DNA of 64,000 nucleotides from Candidatus Sulfomarinibacteraceae bacterium (GTDB lineage: Bacteria > Acidobacteriota > Thermoanaerobaculia > Thermoanaerobaculales > Sulfomarinibacteraceae): positions 224,001 through 288,000 of the forward strand of contig CAWCLO010000003.1 of the NCBI GenBank assembly GCA_963796455.1. The letters are read 5' to 3'. A model generated the notes under the pieces. The model made no database searches and was not told the DNA's origin. It saw only the letters and a program-made list of their open reading frames with translations. This document shows, piece by piece, positions 41,061 to 49,975 of the stretch. The position numbers and the translations under genes are program-made. Every line of letters starts with the position of its first letter. Positions within the stretch are counted from its first letter, which is position 1.

Positions 41061-41513
41061 ATGCAACGCGCGACGATTTTTGCTGCGATTCTGATGATAG
41101 GCGGGATTCAGTCCGCCTATTCGCAGGACATTGCCTATCGCGCGGTCGAAAACCCCTTCCAGGACGAATTTGATTATGAAATAAACAGCGAACTCAACCC
41201 CATGGTGGAGATCGACGGGCTTCGACTGACCCGGTTTGCAATTCTGGTCAAAGGCGAGGGCGAGTTCGAAGCCGACAAGGCGACCTCACTGACGGTCGAA
41301 TACGGCGCTCGCAATACCAACCCGGAGTCAGTCAAGGTCTACGTCATCGCCCTCTTGGAGGACGCCGAGGGAGACGCCCTTGATCGCCTCGAATGCGACC
41401 CCACCACGGTCGGCAGAGAACGCCTCAAGGAAGTGAGCCAGAAGTTCAAGCTTCCGGGGAGCGTCCTCGAGGCAACCCGGAAGATCTACCTCTTTGTCGA
41501 GATCGAGCGCTGA
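41061..41513 (+). CDS. Hypothetical exported protein
   Basis: Signal-peptide-like N-terminus; TATAAT at 41016-41021 upstream. Confidence 0.65.
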   Translation: MQRATIFAAILMIGGIQSAYSQDIAYRAVENPFQDEFDYEINSELNPMVEIDGLRLTRFAILVKGEGEFEADKATSLTVEYGARNTNPESVKVYVIALLEDAEGDALDRLECDPTTVGRERLKEVSQKFKLPGSVLEATRKIYLFVEIER

Positions 41514-41523
41514 CCTAAGACCT

Positions 41524-42192
41524 CTACCAGGTGGTCTGACGCCGCAACAAGGCGAGGAACTCCTCACGAACCAGACGATCAGCAAAACACCCGCGTAGAG
41601 CGGAGGTCGTCGTCATGGCACCGGCCTTTTTGACGCCGCGCATCTCAACGCACAGGTGCCGAGCCTCAATGACCACCATCACCCCCTGAGGTTCGAGTTC
41701 TGACCAAAGGAACTCGGCCACCTGTTCGGTCAGTCGTTCCTGGAGTTGCGGGCGCTTGGCAAAGAACTCGAGAATACGCGGCAATTTGGACAACCCGACA
41801 ACTTCGGATTCGGGAATATAGGCAATGTGGGCATGGCCGTAAAAGGGCACGAAATGATGCGCGCACATGGAATAGAAGGGGATCTCCTTTTCAATCACCA
41901 TGTGGTGGTAGCCCTCGTCGTTGGGAAAAGTGGTGACCTTTGGCGCCGCACCCTCCCGAAGTCCGTGGAACATTTCCAGATACATCTTTGCCACTCTTTT
42001 CGGCGTGTCCTCGAAGTTGGGGTCCGAAAGATCGAGGTTGAGCGCCCGCATGACCCCTTCCATGTGGCTCGCCACTGACGAGATGATGCGCTCCTCGTCG
42101 CCGCGAGGGATCGAGTTGTCGCCGTTTGCGGCCGTGTCCTTCGCGCCGTTTTGTTCGTCGCTGTCGATGGATGCGATGTCGGACATTTTCAT
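41524..42192 (-). CDS. folE: GTP cyclohydrolase I
   Basis: DTPKRVAK, SMCAHH, GLSKL, QLQERLT, HLCVEMRGV. Confidence 0.95.
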   Translation of the reverse strand: MKMSDIASIDSDEQNGAKDTAANGDNSIPRGDEERIISSVASHMEGVMRALNLDLSDPNFEDTPKRVAKMYLEMFHGLREGAAPKVTTFPNDEGYHHMVIEKEIPFYSMCAHHFVPFYGHAHIAYIPESEVVGLSKLPRILEFFAKRPQLQERLTEQVAEFLWSELEPQGVMVVIEARHLCVEMRGVKKAGAMTTTSALRGCFADRLVREEFLALLRRQTTW

Positions 42193-42266
42193 ACTCCCTG
42201 TGCATCGGAGAATCGCGCCACAGCCTAGCGTATTCCAGGCCACCCCACCACCCGCCTGCGTCCGTG

Positions 42267-42546
42267 CCCGAATTGCGGCGGCAGCGGCAGTGTTCAGCGG
42301 CAGCGATCTCGTGTAATGACGGCGTGGTCACCTCCGGGTCGTTCAACGGATGAAACAACCGTTGTGGTGTAGGCGTCTCGCCTGCACACCGTGCGGCCGA
42401 GACGGCCGCACCACAAAGGCCGGAACTCCGAAGATGCGGGGGCTGTTCGCTGTCGCTGGCTCCCGTTCGCTGTCGCTGTCCCTGAATGCTGTCCGAGACG
42501 CTGTCTTGGCTATGAACGATCCTGCATCCTGAATTTTGCATCGAGC
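42267..42546 (+). mobile_element. Gene-less version of the four-helix-bundle cassette carrying a REP doublet
   Basis: Shares the left end (CCGAATTGC...TGGTCACCTCCGGGTCGTTCAAC) and right end (GCTGTCCCTGAA.GCTGTCCGAGACGCTGTCTTGG) with the gene-bearing cassettes. Confidence 0.7.
42362..42416. repeat. REP-like inverted doublet (REPIN-like)
   Basis: TGTGGTGTAGGCGTCTCGCCTGCAC faces GTGCGGCCGAGACGGCCGCACCACA; each unit is GTGG plus a hairpin. Confidence 0.75.
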
Positions 42547-42559
42547 ACCGAGCGAGATA

Positions 42560-42775
42560 CGGGCCTCCCTTTCCCCTCTGCCCCTTTTTCCCTCTGCGAG
42601 TTGGTGGATCGATCTGGCCGTCGATAGCGATAGCGATTCCGATAGCGATAGCGATGGGTACTCCGCCCCTCTGCCACGTAGAAGCTCGTTCTCCCTTTCT
42701 CCCTTTCTCCCTTTCTCCCTTTCTCCTCCGCCCCTCTGCCAGACGGAAAGGGATCCAGCATCCAGCATCGAGCGG
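42560..42775. repeat. Composite repeat: GATAGC hexamers, TTTCTCCC octamers, CAGCATC heptamers
   Basis: Same modules as the other mosaics in this window. Confidence 0.8.
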
Positions 42776-42810
42776 CCCGACAGACGGTCGGGTGGTGTAC
42801 CATCCGAAAC

Positions 42811-43656
42811 GTGAACGGCACCCTCCTCATCACCGGCTCGCACGGTCAATTGGGAAGAGCTCTGACCGGGTTATGCCGCAACCGCGGTCTCGATTTTGAA
42901 GCCCGCGATATCGATACCATCGACATCAAAGATGGGGGGGCGATGACCGAATGGATCGAGACCAATCAACCCCCGGCAGTCATCAACTGCGCCGCCTTCA
43001 CAGCCGTCGACGATTGTGAATCCAATCAGGATCTGGCGATGAGGGTAAACGGCGAGGCGGTTGGAACGATTGCCTCGGCGTGTAACTCGATCGGCGCCCG
43101 TCTGGTTCAGATTTCTACCGACTACGTTTTTCCGGGAGACGCCACCGAGCCCTATCTCGAAAGTGATCCGGTCGCCCCGGCCACCGTCTACGGACAAACC
43201 AAGCTGCGCGGCGAAGAATTGGCGATGACTGCCCGCCGCCACCTCGTGGTTCGTACGGCCTGGCTCTACGGTCTCGGCGGTCGAAATTTCGTCGAAGCCA
43301 TCAGGGCACAGATCGAGGGAGGCGCCACTTCACTCAAGGTGGTGTCCGACCAGATCGGGACCCCGACCTTCTGCGGCGACCTCGCCGGGGCAGTCCTCGA
43401 TCTTATCGAAAAGGATGCGTTGGGCATCGTCCACGCCGTCAACGCCGGTATCACTTCATGGCACGGCTTTGCGGTCGAGATCGCCCGCTGCCTCGGCTCC
43501 GATGTCGAGATATCCGCTGTTACGAGCGATCAGTTCCCCAGGGCGGCCCGGCGGCCCGCATACTCCGCCCTCGACACCGGTCGGCTCCGACTGTTGATCG
43601 GGCGATCCATGCCGCCGTGGCAGGACGCTCTCGCACGGTACCTGGCAGAATCATGA
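42811..43656 (+). CDS. rfbD: dTDP-4-dehydrorhamnose reductase
   Basis: ITGSHGQLG, ISTDYVF, YGQTK, DQIGTPT, RRPAYSAL. Confidence 0.93.
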   Translation: MNGTLLITGSHGQLGRALTGLCRNRGLDFEARDIDTIDIKDGGAMTEWIETNQPPAVINCAAFTAVDDCESNQDLAMRVNGEAVGTIASACNSIGARLVQISTDYVFPGDATEPYLESDPVAPATVYGQTKLRGEELAMTARRHLVVRTAWLYGLGGRNFVEAIRAQIEGGATSLKVVSDQIGTPTFCGDLAGAVLDLIEKDALGIVHAVNAGITSWHGFAVEIARCLGSDVEISAVTSDQFPRAARRPAYSALDTGRLRLLIGRSMPPWQDALARYLAES

Positions 43657-44615
43657 GAATTCTCATCACCGGCGCTGCCGGTTTTGTCGGGCCATACCTC
43701 GCACAACACCTTCGTTCGATGGTGCCGAAGGCCGAGATCTGGGGCCTTGTCTGGTCAGATGACGAGCGAAGCGCTCCCGAATTCGTCACTCCCATACCTG
43801 GCGACCTGACCGATCGGCCCTCTTTGTCGCGAGCGATCGAAACGGCTCGACCTGAAATCGTCTTCCATCTCGCGGGGGCCTCATCCGTCGCTTCATCATG
43901 GGACAACCCGGATCTCTTTTTGAAGGTGAACCTGGAAGGCTCCATCAACCTTTTCGAGGCAATACGTGATTCCGGCTGTGATTCGAGGATCGTTTTGGCG
44001 TCCTCGGCAGAGATCTATGGTTCGGTGCCACTCGCCGAGCAACCGATTGTGGAGAATACACCGCTGCAACCCCTTTCACCATACGGTAAGAGCAAGGCTG
44101 CTCAGGACCTGGCGGCGCTGCAGTACTTTCAGGAATTCGGGCTCCAGACAATCCGTCTTCGCCTCTTCCACCACACCGGGCCCGCCCGCCCGCCATTCTT
44201 TGTGGCTTCGAGTTTTGCGCGTCAGATCGCACGCATTGAACAAGGCCTCGACCCTCCAACGCTCTCGGTCGGCAATCTCGATGCGGTGCGCGATTTCTCC
44301 GATGTTCGCGATGTCGCTCGCGCCTATTGGCTCGTCGCCGATCGAGGCGAAGCCGGGGCGGCCTACAACGTATGCTCCAGTCGAGGACGAAGCATGGGTC
44401 AACTTCTCGATATGATGCTCGCCATGACCGCGTCAAAAGTCGAAATCAGCATCGACCCTGATCGGCTTCGAGCCGCTGATATCCCACATCTCGTAGGCGA
44501 CCACACAAGGCTCTCCACCGCGACCGGTTGGCAGCCGGAAATAGCCTTTGAACAAACCCTGGAAGATCTCCTGGACTGGTGGCGAGCAGAGTTGAGAAAC
44601 CACCGCATCGATTGA
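43653..44615 (+). CDS. NDP-sugar epimerase/reductase (Rmd/Gmd-like extended SDR)
   Basis: ITGAAGFVG, SSAEIYG, SPYGKSK, VGNLDAVRDFSDVRD. Confidence 0.88.
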   Translation: MRILITGAAGFVGPYLAQHLRSMVPKAEIWGLVWSDDERSAPEFVTPIPGDLTDRPSLSRAIETARPEIVFHLAGASSVASSWDNPDLFLKVNLEGSINLFEAIRDSGCDSRIVLASSAEIYGSVPLAEQPIVENTPLQPLSPYGKSKAAQDLAALQYFQEFGLQTIRLRLFHHTGPARPPFFVASSFARQIARIEQGLDPPTLSVGNLDAVRDFSDVRDVARAYWLVADRGEAGAAYNVCSSRGRSMGQLLDMMLAMTASKVEISIDPDRLRAADIPHLVGDHTRLSTATGWQPEIAFEQTLEDLLDWWRAELRNHRID

Positions 44616-44662
44616 TTCTTGTACCCTCGACATGACACAGTGCAACGACAGGGAGGACGAAG

Positions 44663-46432
44663 ATGGAAATGGATCGGCGCAACCGGATTGCTCAATGGGT
44701 CTTCGACTCGCGCGCGATTCTCGGACGATTCCATCTGTGGTTGGAAGACGTCGAAATCGAAAGCGAAGGAGTGTCCGAAACGGGCGATATGTCCTTTGTC
44801 GGCGGTTCGTTAGAACGAGCATTTGTGGTTGCGACCGCCGTCACCGCTCTCGGCACCAGGCTCTTTGGACGCTGGGGTGAGGGAGCGGATCTCGACAAGG
44901 CGGGAATCAACCGCGTCAAAAAGGACGCGGATGCGGTCTCGGCCTATGCGCTGTCCGAGGCATTGTGGTATCTCACCCGCAGTCTTCCGGAAAACCACGC
45001 CGTCATGATCTCCCTCGGCGAGGGCCTGATGCCGAAGGCCGGCGAGACTCCCGAAATGGGCTCGAACCCTTTGCTCGGGTTCGGCCGGGTCTATGCGCGG
45101 CCGCAGGTGGCGCGTTTCCTCGACCGAAGGGTCCACCGCCTGGTCAATGATCCGACTTACGAGTGGCCCGAGTTCTGGTTCGATCTCCAGAGTGCCGGCA
45201 TCACCATCTGGGGTGCTGCAGTGGATACTCTGGAAAACACATCCCGATTCGCCAAGGGCAGTCCAACCGGACCGATGACAATTCTTCACCTTTATGACCA
45301 ACCACTCAAGGTGGCACGGCCCTATGAGGGCTACATGGGCAATATCACCCTGCCTCGAGAGGTTGTCGACCAGGCCGCGGATCGATCCATTCTGATCGAC
45401 TATCGAACGCCCCGGGCCCGGGTCATGGAAGCGATCCGGGACACGTATCCTATGATCCGACCCGAAAATGTTCACGTCTGGACTCTGGGAGGACCGAGCC
45501 GCGAAAACCGCCTCTCGAACCTGTGGGCTGAGTGGCAGGAACTCGGCGCTCACCTCGTCGAAGATGGCTGGCCGATGCCCGGCACGAACATCCCGGTTTT
45601 CACCGAATCGGGAACCTACGCGCCGGCTTTTCGTGTCGGCACCTTCGAAGATGAAGACGGCGCCACCCATGTATTCATCTGCGATGGGTATGCGGCATCG
45701 GCGGAAGCCATGCAGGCGGCGAGTCTCGATCCGATCCTCGATCTCTCGACCTCGATGACCCTGTTTTCGTCCAGTTTCAAGGCCCCTGCGGATCGTGAGC
45801 GTGAGGTCATTGCACTGGACCCCGAGGCCGAAGATTTTGCCGATCAACTCGCTGCCACCCTTGAATCAGAGATCGATCCGGCCCTTGCCAGGGAATACAG
45901 CGAGAGCCTTCGCGGCGCTCGCGAAGCCTTGATGCCGGTCGACAAAAAGACGATCACCGCGGACGATTTCTTCCCTCTCAAACAGTGGCGGGTGCTCGCT
46001 CTCGCAGGCTATATGCTGCCCGATCCCTATACCGGCTCGAATGGTGTGGAACAGATCAGCGACGATCGTTTCAGGGTCACGACACGGGCGGCGACCCGCA
46101 ACGGCATGATCAACGTGACCCTCGTTCTTCGACTGATGGAGACGAAGGACCAGATGCAGATGGTTTTTTCACCCCTTCTCGATCGCTTTTATTCGGGTCA
46201 GGACCACACCACACGGGCGGTCAAGATCTCGGATTCAGGCAGGATCAGAAACGAATTGCAGACGTTGGCCTCAGAAGCGATCGAATTCCTGCCGGATGAT
46301 CGTATGTTGGTCAACTTCGGTTTGATCGACGATTCCGTGCTGCCTCCGGACAAGCGTGATCTCATCCGTGAAGTCCTGGTCTGGTACAAGAAGAACCACC
46401 CCACCTGGTTCAAGTGGCTCGAGATGAAATAG
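44663..46432 (+). CDS. Large divergent GlpX/FBPase class II-like protein
   Basis: KKDADAVS, ISLGEG and AVDTLENTSRFAKG resemble GlpX motifs (ADxAA, VIGEG, AVDPLEGT). It is 589 aa, much longer than GlpX. Confidence 0.55.
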   Translation: MEMDRRNRIAQWVFDSRAILGRFHLWLEDVEIESEGVSETGDMSFVGGSLERAFVVATAVTALGTRLFGRWGEGADLDKAGINRVKKDADAVSAYALSEALWYLTRSLPENHAVMISLGEGLMPKAGETPEMGSNPLLGFGRVYARPQVARFLDRRVHRLVNDPTYEWPEFWFDLQSAGITIWGAAVDTLENTSRFAKGSPTGPMTILHLYDQPLKVARPYEGYMGNITLPREVVDQAADRSILIDYRTPRARVMEAIRDTYPMIRPENVHVWTLGGPSRENRLSNLWAEWQELGAHLVEDGWPMPGTNIPVFTESGTYAPAFRVGTFEDEDGATHVFICDGYAASAEAMQAASLDPILDLSTSMTLFSSSFKAPADREREVIALDPEAEDFADQLAATLESEIDPALAREYSESLRGAREALMPVDKKTITADDFFPLKQWRVLALAGYMLPDPYTGSNGVEQISDDRFRVTTRAATRNGMINVTLVLRLMETKDQMQMVFSPLLDRFYSGQDHTTRAVKISDSGRIRNELQTLASEAIEFLPDDRMLVNFGLIDDSVLPPDKRDLIREVLVWYKKNHPTWFKWLEMK

Positions 46433-46860
46433 TCGCTGGATACTCGATGCTGGATACGTCGAGATCGTCAGTCTCGCCACACAATTACCAAATCTCTTCG
46501 ATTGATCTGATCTGCTGATTGTGCACTGTTCCGGTAGCCAAATCGCGAATTAGGAATCGAATATCCAGTATCCAGTATTACTGCTGTCAGAACAGACCGT
46601 CACCTGAAGTTTCCCGCCCGACAACACTTGGTTTACAGGTTGGTTTTTGGCATATCCGGTTGGCGGTTGCCCGTGCCCGCGTCCGCGTCCGCGTCCGCGT
46701 CCGAATTGCAGCGGCAGCGACAGTGTCCAGTGTCAGCGATCAGCGATCAGCGATCAGCGGCAGCGGCAGCGGAGGAGCGGCAGCGGGCGGAGCGGCAGCG
46801 GCAGCGGTCAGGAGTCCAGGCGACGAAGTGGCCACCTCCGGGTCGTTCAACAGAAGGGGT

Positions 46861-46930
46861 AGCCGGTGGGCGGCCGATGTCAAGGACAGGCAGGGTGCAG
46901 GGCATCCTTGACATCGGCCGCCCACCGGCT
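46861..46930. repeat. Perfect 26-bp inverted repeat with 18-nt loop
   Basis: AGCCGGTGGGCGGCCGATGTCAAGGA ... TCCTTGACATCGGCCGCCCACCGGCT. Confidence 0.95.
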
Positions 46931-46964
46931 TGTGGGTATAGGCATGAACGAACCGGAGGTGACC

Positions 46965-47318
46965 ATGTCCTCAGCCGCCACGAACACCAACCTCGTTGCC
47001 CACTCGAAAGCCCTCGAAGCAGCAGGAATCGCGATCAAGCTCGTGATGAGGGTTCCAGCTCCACTGAAGTCCATAGCCGATCAGGTAGTCCGATCGGCGA
47101 GTTCAGTCCCCGCGAACCTGGCAGAAGGGCACGGCCGTTTCGGTAGAGACCGGTTAAACCACTGGAGAATCGCCTACGCCTCGGCGAAAGAGGTCGACAG
47201 CCATTTGCAGCTCCTCGCCCACGCCGGGGCGATCACCCCGAACGGAGCCAGTGAAGCGATGGACGCCTTCGATCAGGTCCGTGCGATGACCTGGCGGCTC
47301 TTGAACCCGAAGGAGTGA
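46965..47318 (+). CDS. Four-helix-bundle protein (23S rRNA IVP / TIGR02436-like)
   Basis: 107/117 aa identical to 34277-34630 by manual comparison; GGAGGT RBS. Confidence 0.88.
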   Translation: MSSAATNTNLVAHSKALEAAGIAIKLVMRVPAPLKSIADQVVRSASSVPANLAEGHGRFGRDRLNHWRIAYASAKEVDSHLQLLAHAGAITPNGASEAMDAFDQVRAMTWRLLNPKE

Positions 47319-47470
47319 GTGCTGTTCGCTGTCCCTGCCGCTGATCGCTGGCGCTGATCACTGTCGCTGCCGCTGACTCCTGTTCGCTGACGCTGTCCCT
47401 GAACGCTGTCCGAGACGCTGTCTTGGACAAGTGTGATCCAGCATCCAGTATCCCCTGGCGGATCGAAGTC

Positions 47471-47875
47471 TCATTTCACCTGAAGAGTTTCGAGCGTCTC
47501 TCGAAGAGTCGGGGTCATTCGTACCGGCCGACCAGTTGTGTTGTCGACGCAGGCAAGAACAGTCATTGCAACAGCTGCCACTTCACCGTCCACCGTCACC
47601 ACGTATTCGAAGGTGAAGGAAGCTCCTCGGATTTCGCCCACCCGCAGCCACACCCTCACATCGCCGTACAACCCCACAGGCCGTTTGAAGTCGATTTCCA
47701 GGCGTTTGACAAAAAACGGCACATCCATCGCCTCGCGTCCGCCAAATCTTTGCAGCCAGACTTCTGATCGCGCCTGTTCGATGTAGCTCGCAAAGACCGC
47801 GTTGTTGACGTGGGCAAAGGCATCCAGATCCCGCCACCGCACCTGAATCGGACATGAAAATGGATAGTCTTTCAT
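47471..47875 (-). CDS. Acyl-CoA thioesterase (4HBT/YbgC hot-dog family)
   Basis: VRWRDLDAFAHVNNAVF motif. Confidence 0.9.
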   Translation of the reverse strand: MKDYPFSCPIQVRWRDLDAFAHVNNAVFASYIEQARSEVWLQRFGGREAMDVPFFVKRLEIDFKRPVGLYGDVRVWLRVGEIRGASFTFEYVVTVDGEVAAVAMTVLACVDNTTGRPVRMTPTLRETLETLQVK

Positions 47876-47934
47876 CTTCGACAGGGTATCAGTCCGAGAA
47901 CAGGATGAGCGACCACGGTGAGCAACCGGGAGCC

Positions 47935-49695
47935 TCAGTCTTCGAGATAACCAAAGGCCTTGAGTCGTTCCCGTTCCCGTTGACTCAGTTCGACGCTGCG
48001 ATCACCCCGTTTGGAGCCGATTCGTTGGTGCAGGGCGACACCGGCCTTCTGATTGAGCCGCAACAAGGCCTCGAGCCTGTTCGCCAGCTCGTCCTCACCC
48101 TCGACGAGATTTTCCTGCTCTCCTGGGTCGGTATCCAGGTTGTAGATCGCGCGGATCTTTTTGTGCTGATCGAAAATACCCTTGATTTGTCCGTCGATGA
48201 CGGCGCGATCGAGCACCCCGGCGACAATCGGGCTCGTTGCGGGTCGCGCCCCAAGGACAAAACCGGGCAGCGTGTCCACCGGCAGACCGGCGAAATCGAG
48301 CAGGGTCGGAGCCAGATCCACCGACGCTGTGGGCTCCTCGTGCACCACTCCGCCGCGCTCGCCGCCGGGCCATTTAATCAGCAGCGGCACCTTCAGAATC
48401 TCCTCGTAGACCGTTCCGTGGTTGAAGCCGCCGTGTTCGGAGAACTCCTCGCCGTGATCACTGGTCACGACAACCAGGAGATCATCCCAGATTCCCTGCT
48501 GTCGAAGCGCCTCGAACAACGAACCCAACGATCGGTCGAGATAACTCACGCCGTCGTCATATGTGGAGCGCAGGATCTCGACGTCTTCGGGATCACGGGC
48601 AATCGTCCCCTGGCTCAAGGCGGTCACAAAGGTCGATGCGCACAGATCATCCCTGCAACCGAAGTTCTCGACCCCGAACCGTTCGGCGATCGAGGGCCGA
48701 TTGACTCCCGGCGCCTCATAGGGCAGGAGACTGAAATCAGAATGCGGCTCAAAGGTGTGGAGAAAGAAAAAGAAGGGCTCATCGGGATGAGCGAGGATCC
48801 ACTCCGCCGCCGACCGCGCCTGCCGGGCAGCCCTCCAGCGGGTCACCCGGTAACTCTCGAAGCCCTTGCCAAATCCCCAGCGGGGAGAAAGCCAGGTGCA
48901 GTCGAAGACCAGACCGGCGGTGGTGTAGCCGCCTTTTCTGAATCGATCGGCAAGAGTCGGCACCAGGGGGTCCATCGCGTGGTGAACCAGGAGCGCCCGA
49001 TGGGTGTCGGGGGAATAGCCGGTCAGCATGCTCGCGTGTGACGGCTTGGTCCAACTCGCGGCCGCATAGTGCCGCCGCCAACTCTCAGACTCAGCTGCAA
49101 AACGATCGAGGGCCGGTGTGTCGACCTCTCCACCAAAGGCGCCGATGGCGTCGAGGCGCAGGGTGTCGACCGAAATCACGAGGATTCGAGAAGGAGAATT
49201 GCCGGCCTGCACAGTCACCGGCACCCGTTGCCGAAGACCCAGCTCGCGGAGATGCACGACGCAACCGGAGGCAAGGGCGGCCTCGATCTCGACGACGGCC
49301 ATCTTTCCCGCAAGCTCTCCGAGCGCCACTTCCCGCCGCCACCAGCCATCGCCCGGTTCGAAGCCGAGATCGATGGATACCGTGCTGCCGTCACCCGCCC
49401 GCACCGCCCCTCTGAGGGCATTGTTTGGGGATGTGTCGGCATCGGCGCGGCATTCGAGGTGACCGACCAGTTCTAGCGACGGATCATCAGCCAACTCGAC
49501 CTCGGTCTTCATCACCTCGCCCGATGAGATGGTCACGGCGACCCAGGTCTCGTCCGACGCGAAAACCTCCTGCGCCCGAAGTCGACGGCCATCGACCATG
49601 ACCCGTTGCTCGATCACCAGATCGACAAACCGGGTCTGGGATGGTCCGCGGGCACAGCCAACGATGCCGATGACCATGAGTGCGGCGAGCAACAC
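47935..49695 (-). CDS. Sulfatase-like hydrolase (alkaline phosphatase superfamily), lipoprotein; start uncertain
   Basis: ISVDTLR, WTKPSHASMLTG, FLHTFEPH, TSDHGEEF, LKAFGY. Confidence 0.85.
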   Translation of the reverse strand: MLLAALMVIGIVGCARGPSQTRFVDLVIEQRVMVDGRRLRAQEVFASDETWVAVTISSGEVMKTEVELADDPSLELVGHLECRADADTSPNNALRGAVRAGDGSTVSIDLGFEPGDGWWRREVALGELAGKMAVVEIEAALASGCVVHLRELGLRQRVPVTVQAGNSPSRILVISVDTLRLDAIGAFGGEVDTPALDRFAAESESWRRHYAAASWTKPSHASMLTGYSPDTHRALLVHHAMDPLVPTLADRFRKGGYTTAGLVFDCTWLSPRWGFGKGFESYRVTRWRAARQARSAAEWILAHPDEPFFFFLHTFEPHSDFSLLPYEAPGVNRPSIAERFGVENFGCRDDLCASTFVTALSQGTIARDPEDVEILRSTYDDGVSYLDRSLGSLFEALRQQGIWDDLLVVVTSDHGEEFSEHGGFNHGTVYEEILKVPLLIKWPGGERGGVVHEEPTASVDLAPTLLDFAGLPVDTLPGFVLGARPATSPIVAGVLDRAVIDGQIKGIFDQHKKIRAIYNLDTDPGEQENLVEGEDELANRLEALLRLNQKAGVALHQRIGSKRGDRSVELSQRERERLKAFGYLED

Positions 49696-49975
49696 AACAG
49701 CCCTCGTCGTGTCGACAAGACGGAATGAATGCCTCGTGTTCAGAAACGCCCCTTCAAATCTCTTCGTTCTCGAGAACCGGAGAGACGACCCCGGCTCTGG
49801 ACGGGCCAGTTTACATCACTGCGCGTTGACCCTTGGGGGCGGGCCCTGCGACAAGTGGTCGACCTCGGCTCGAGCATCATCACCGTTGCACCCGGAAGCG
49901 CCTCCGTGCCGGCAGAAAAAAACGAGGGCTGCGAAAAGCAGCCCTCATTTGAATCGACTTTCAGTCAGCCGGGAA

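Larger units (their letters stand above)
46700..47452 (+). mobile_element. Four-helix-bundle gene cassette, copy 2
   Basis: Nested inverted repeats around the gene; homologous to 34125-34880. Confidence 0.7.

Noticed and set aside
46908..46942. Sigma-70 promoter TTGACA...TATAGG in the cassette
   Set aside because: The spacer is 23 nt and the -10 candidate is not conserved in copy 1.
34277..47318. Diversity-generating retroelement, because of the Avd-like fold
   Set aside because: No reverse transcriptase in the window. The paralogs differ at mixed bases, with no evident adenine-specific TR/VR pattern.
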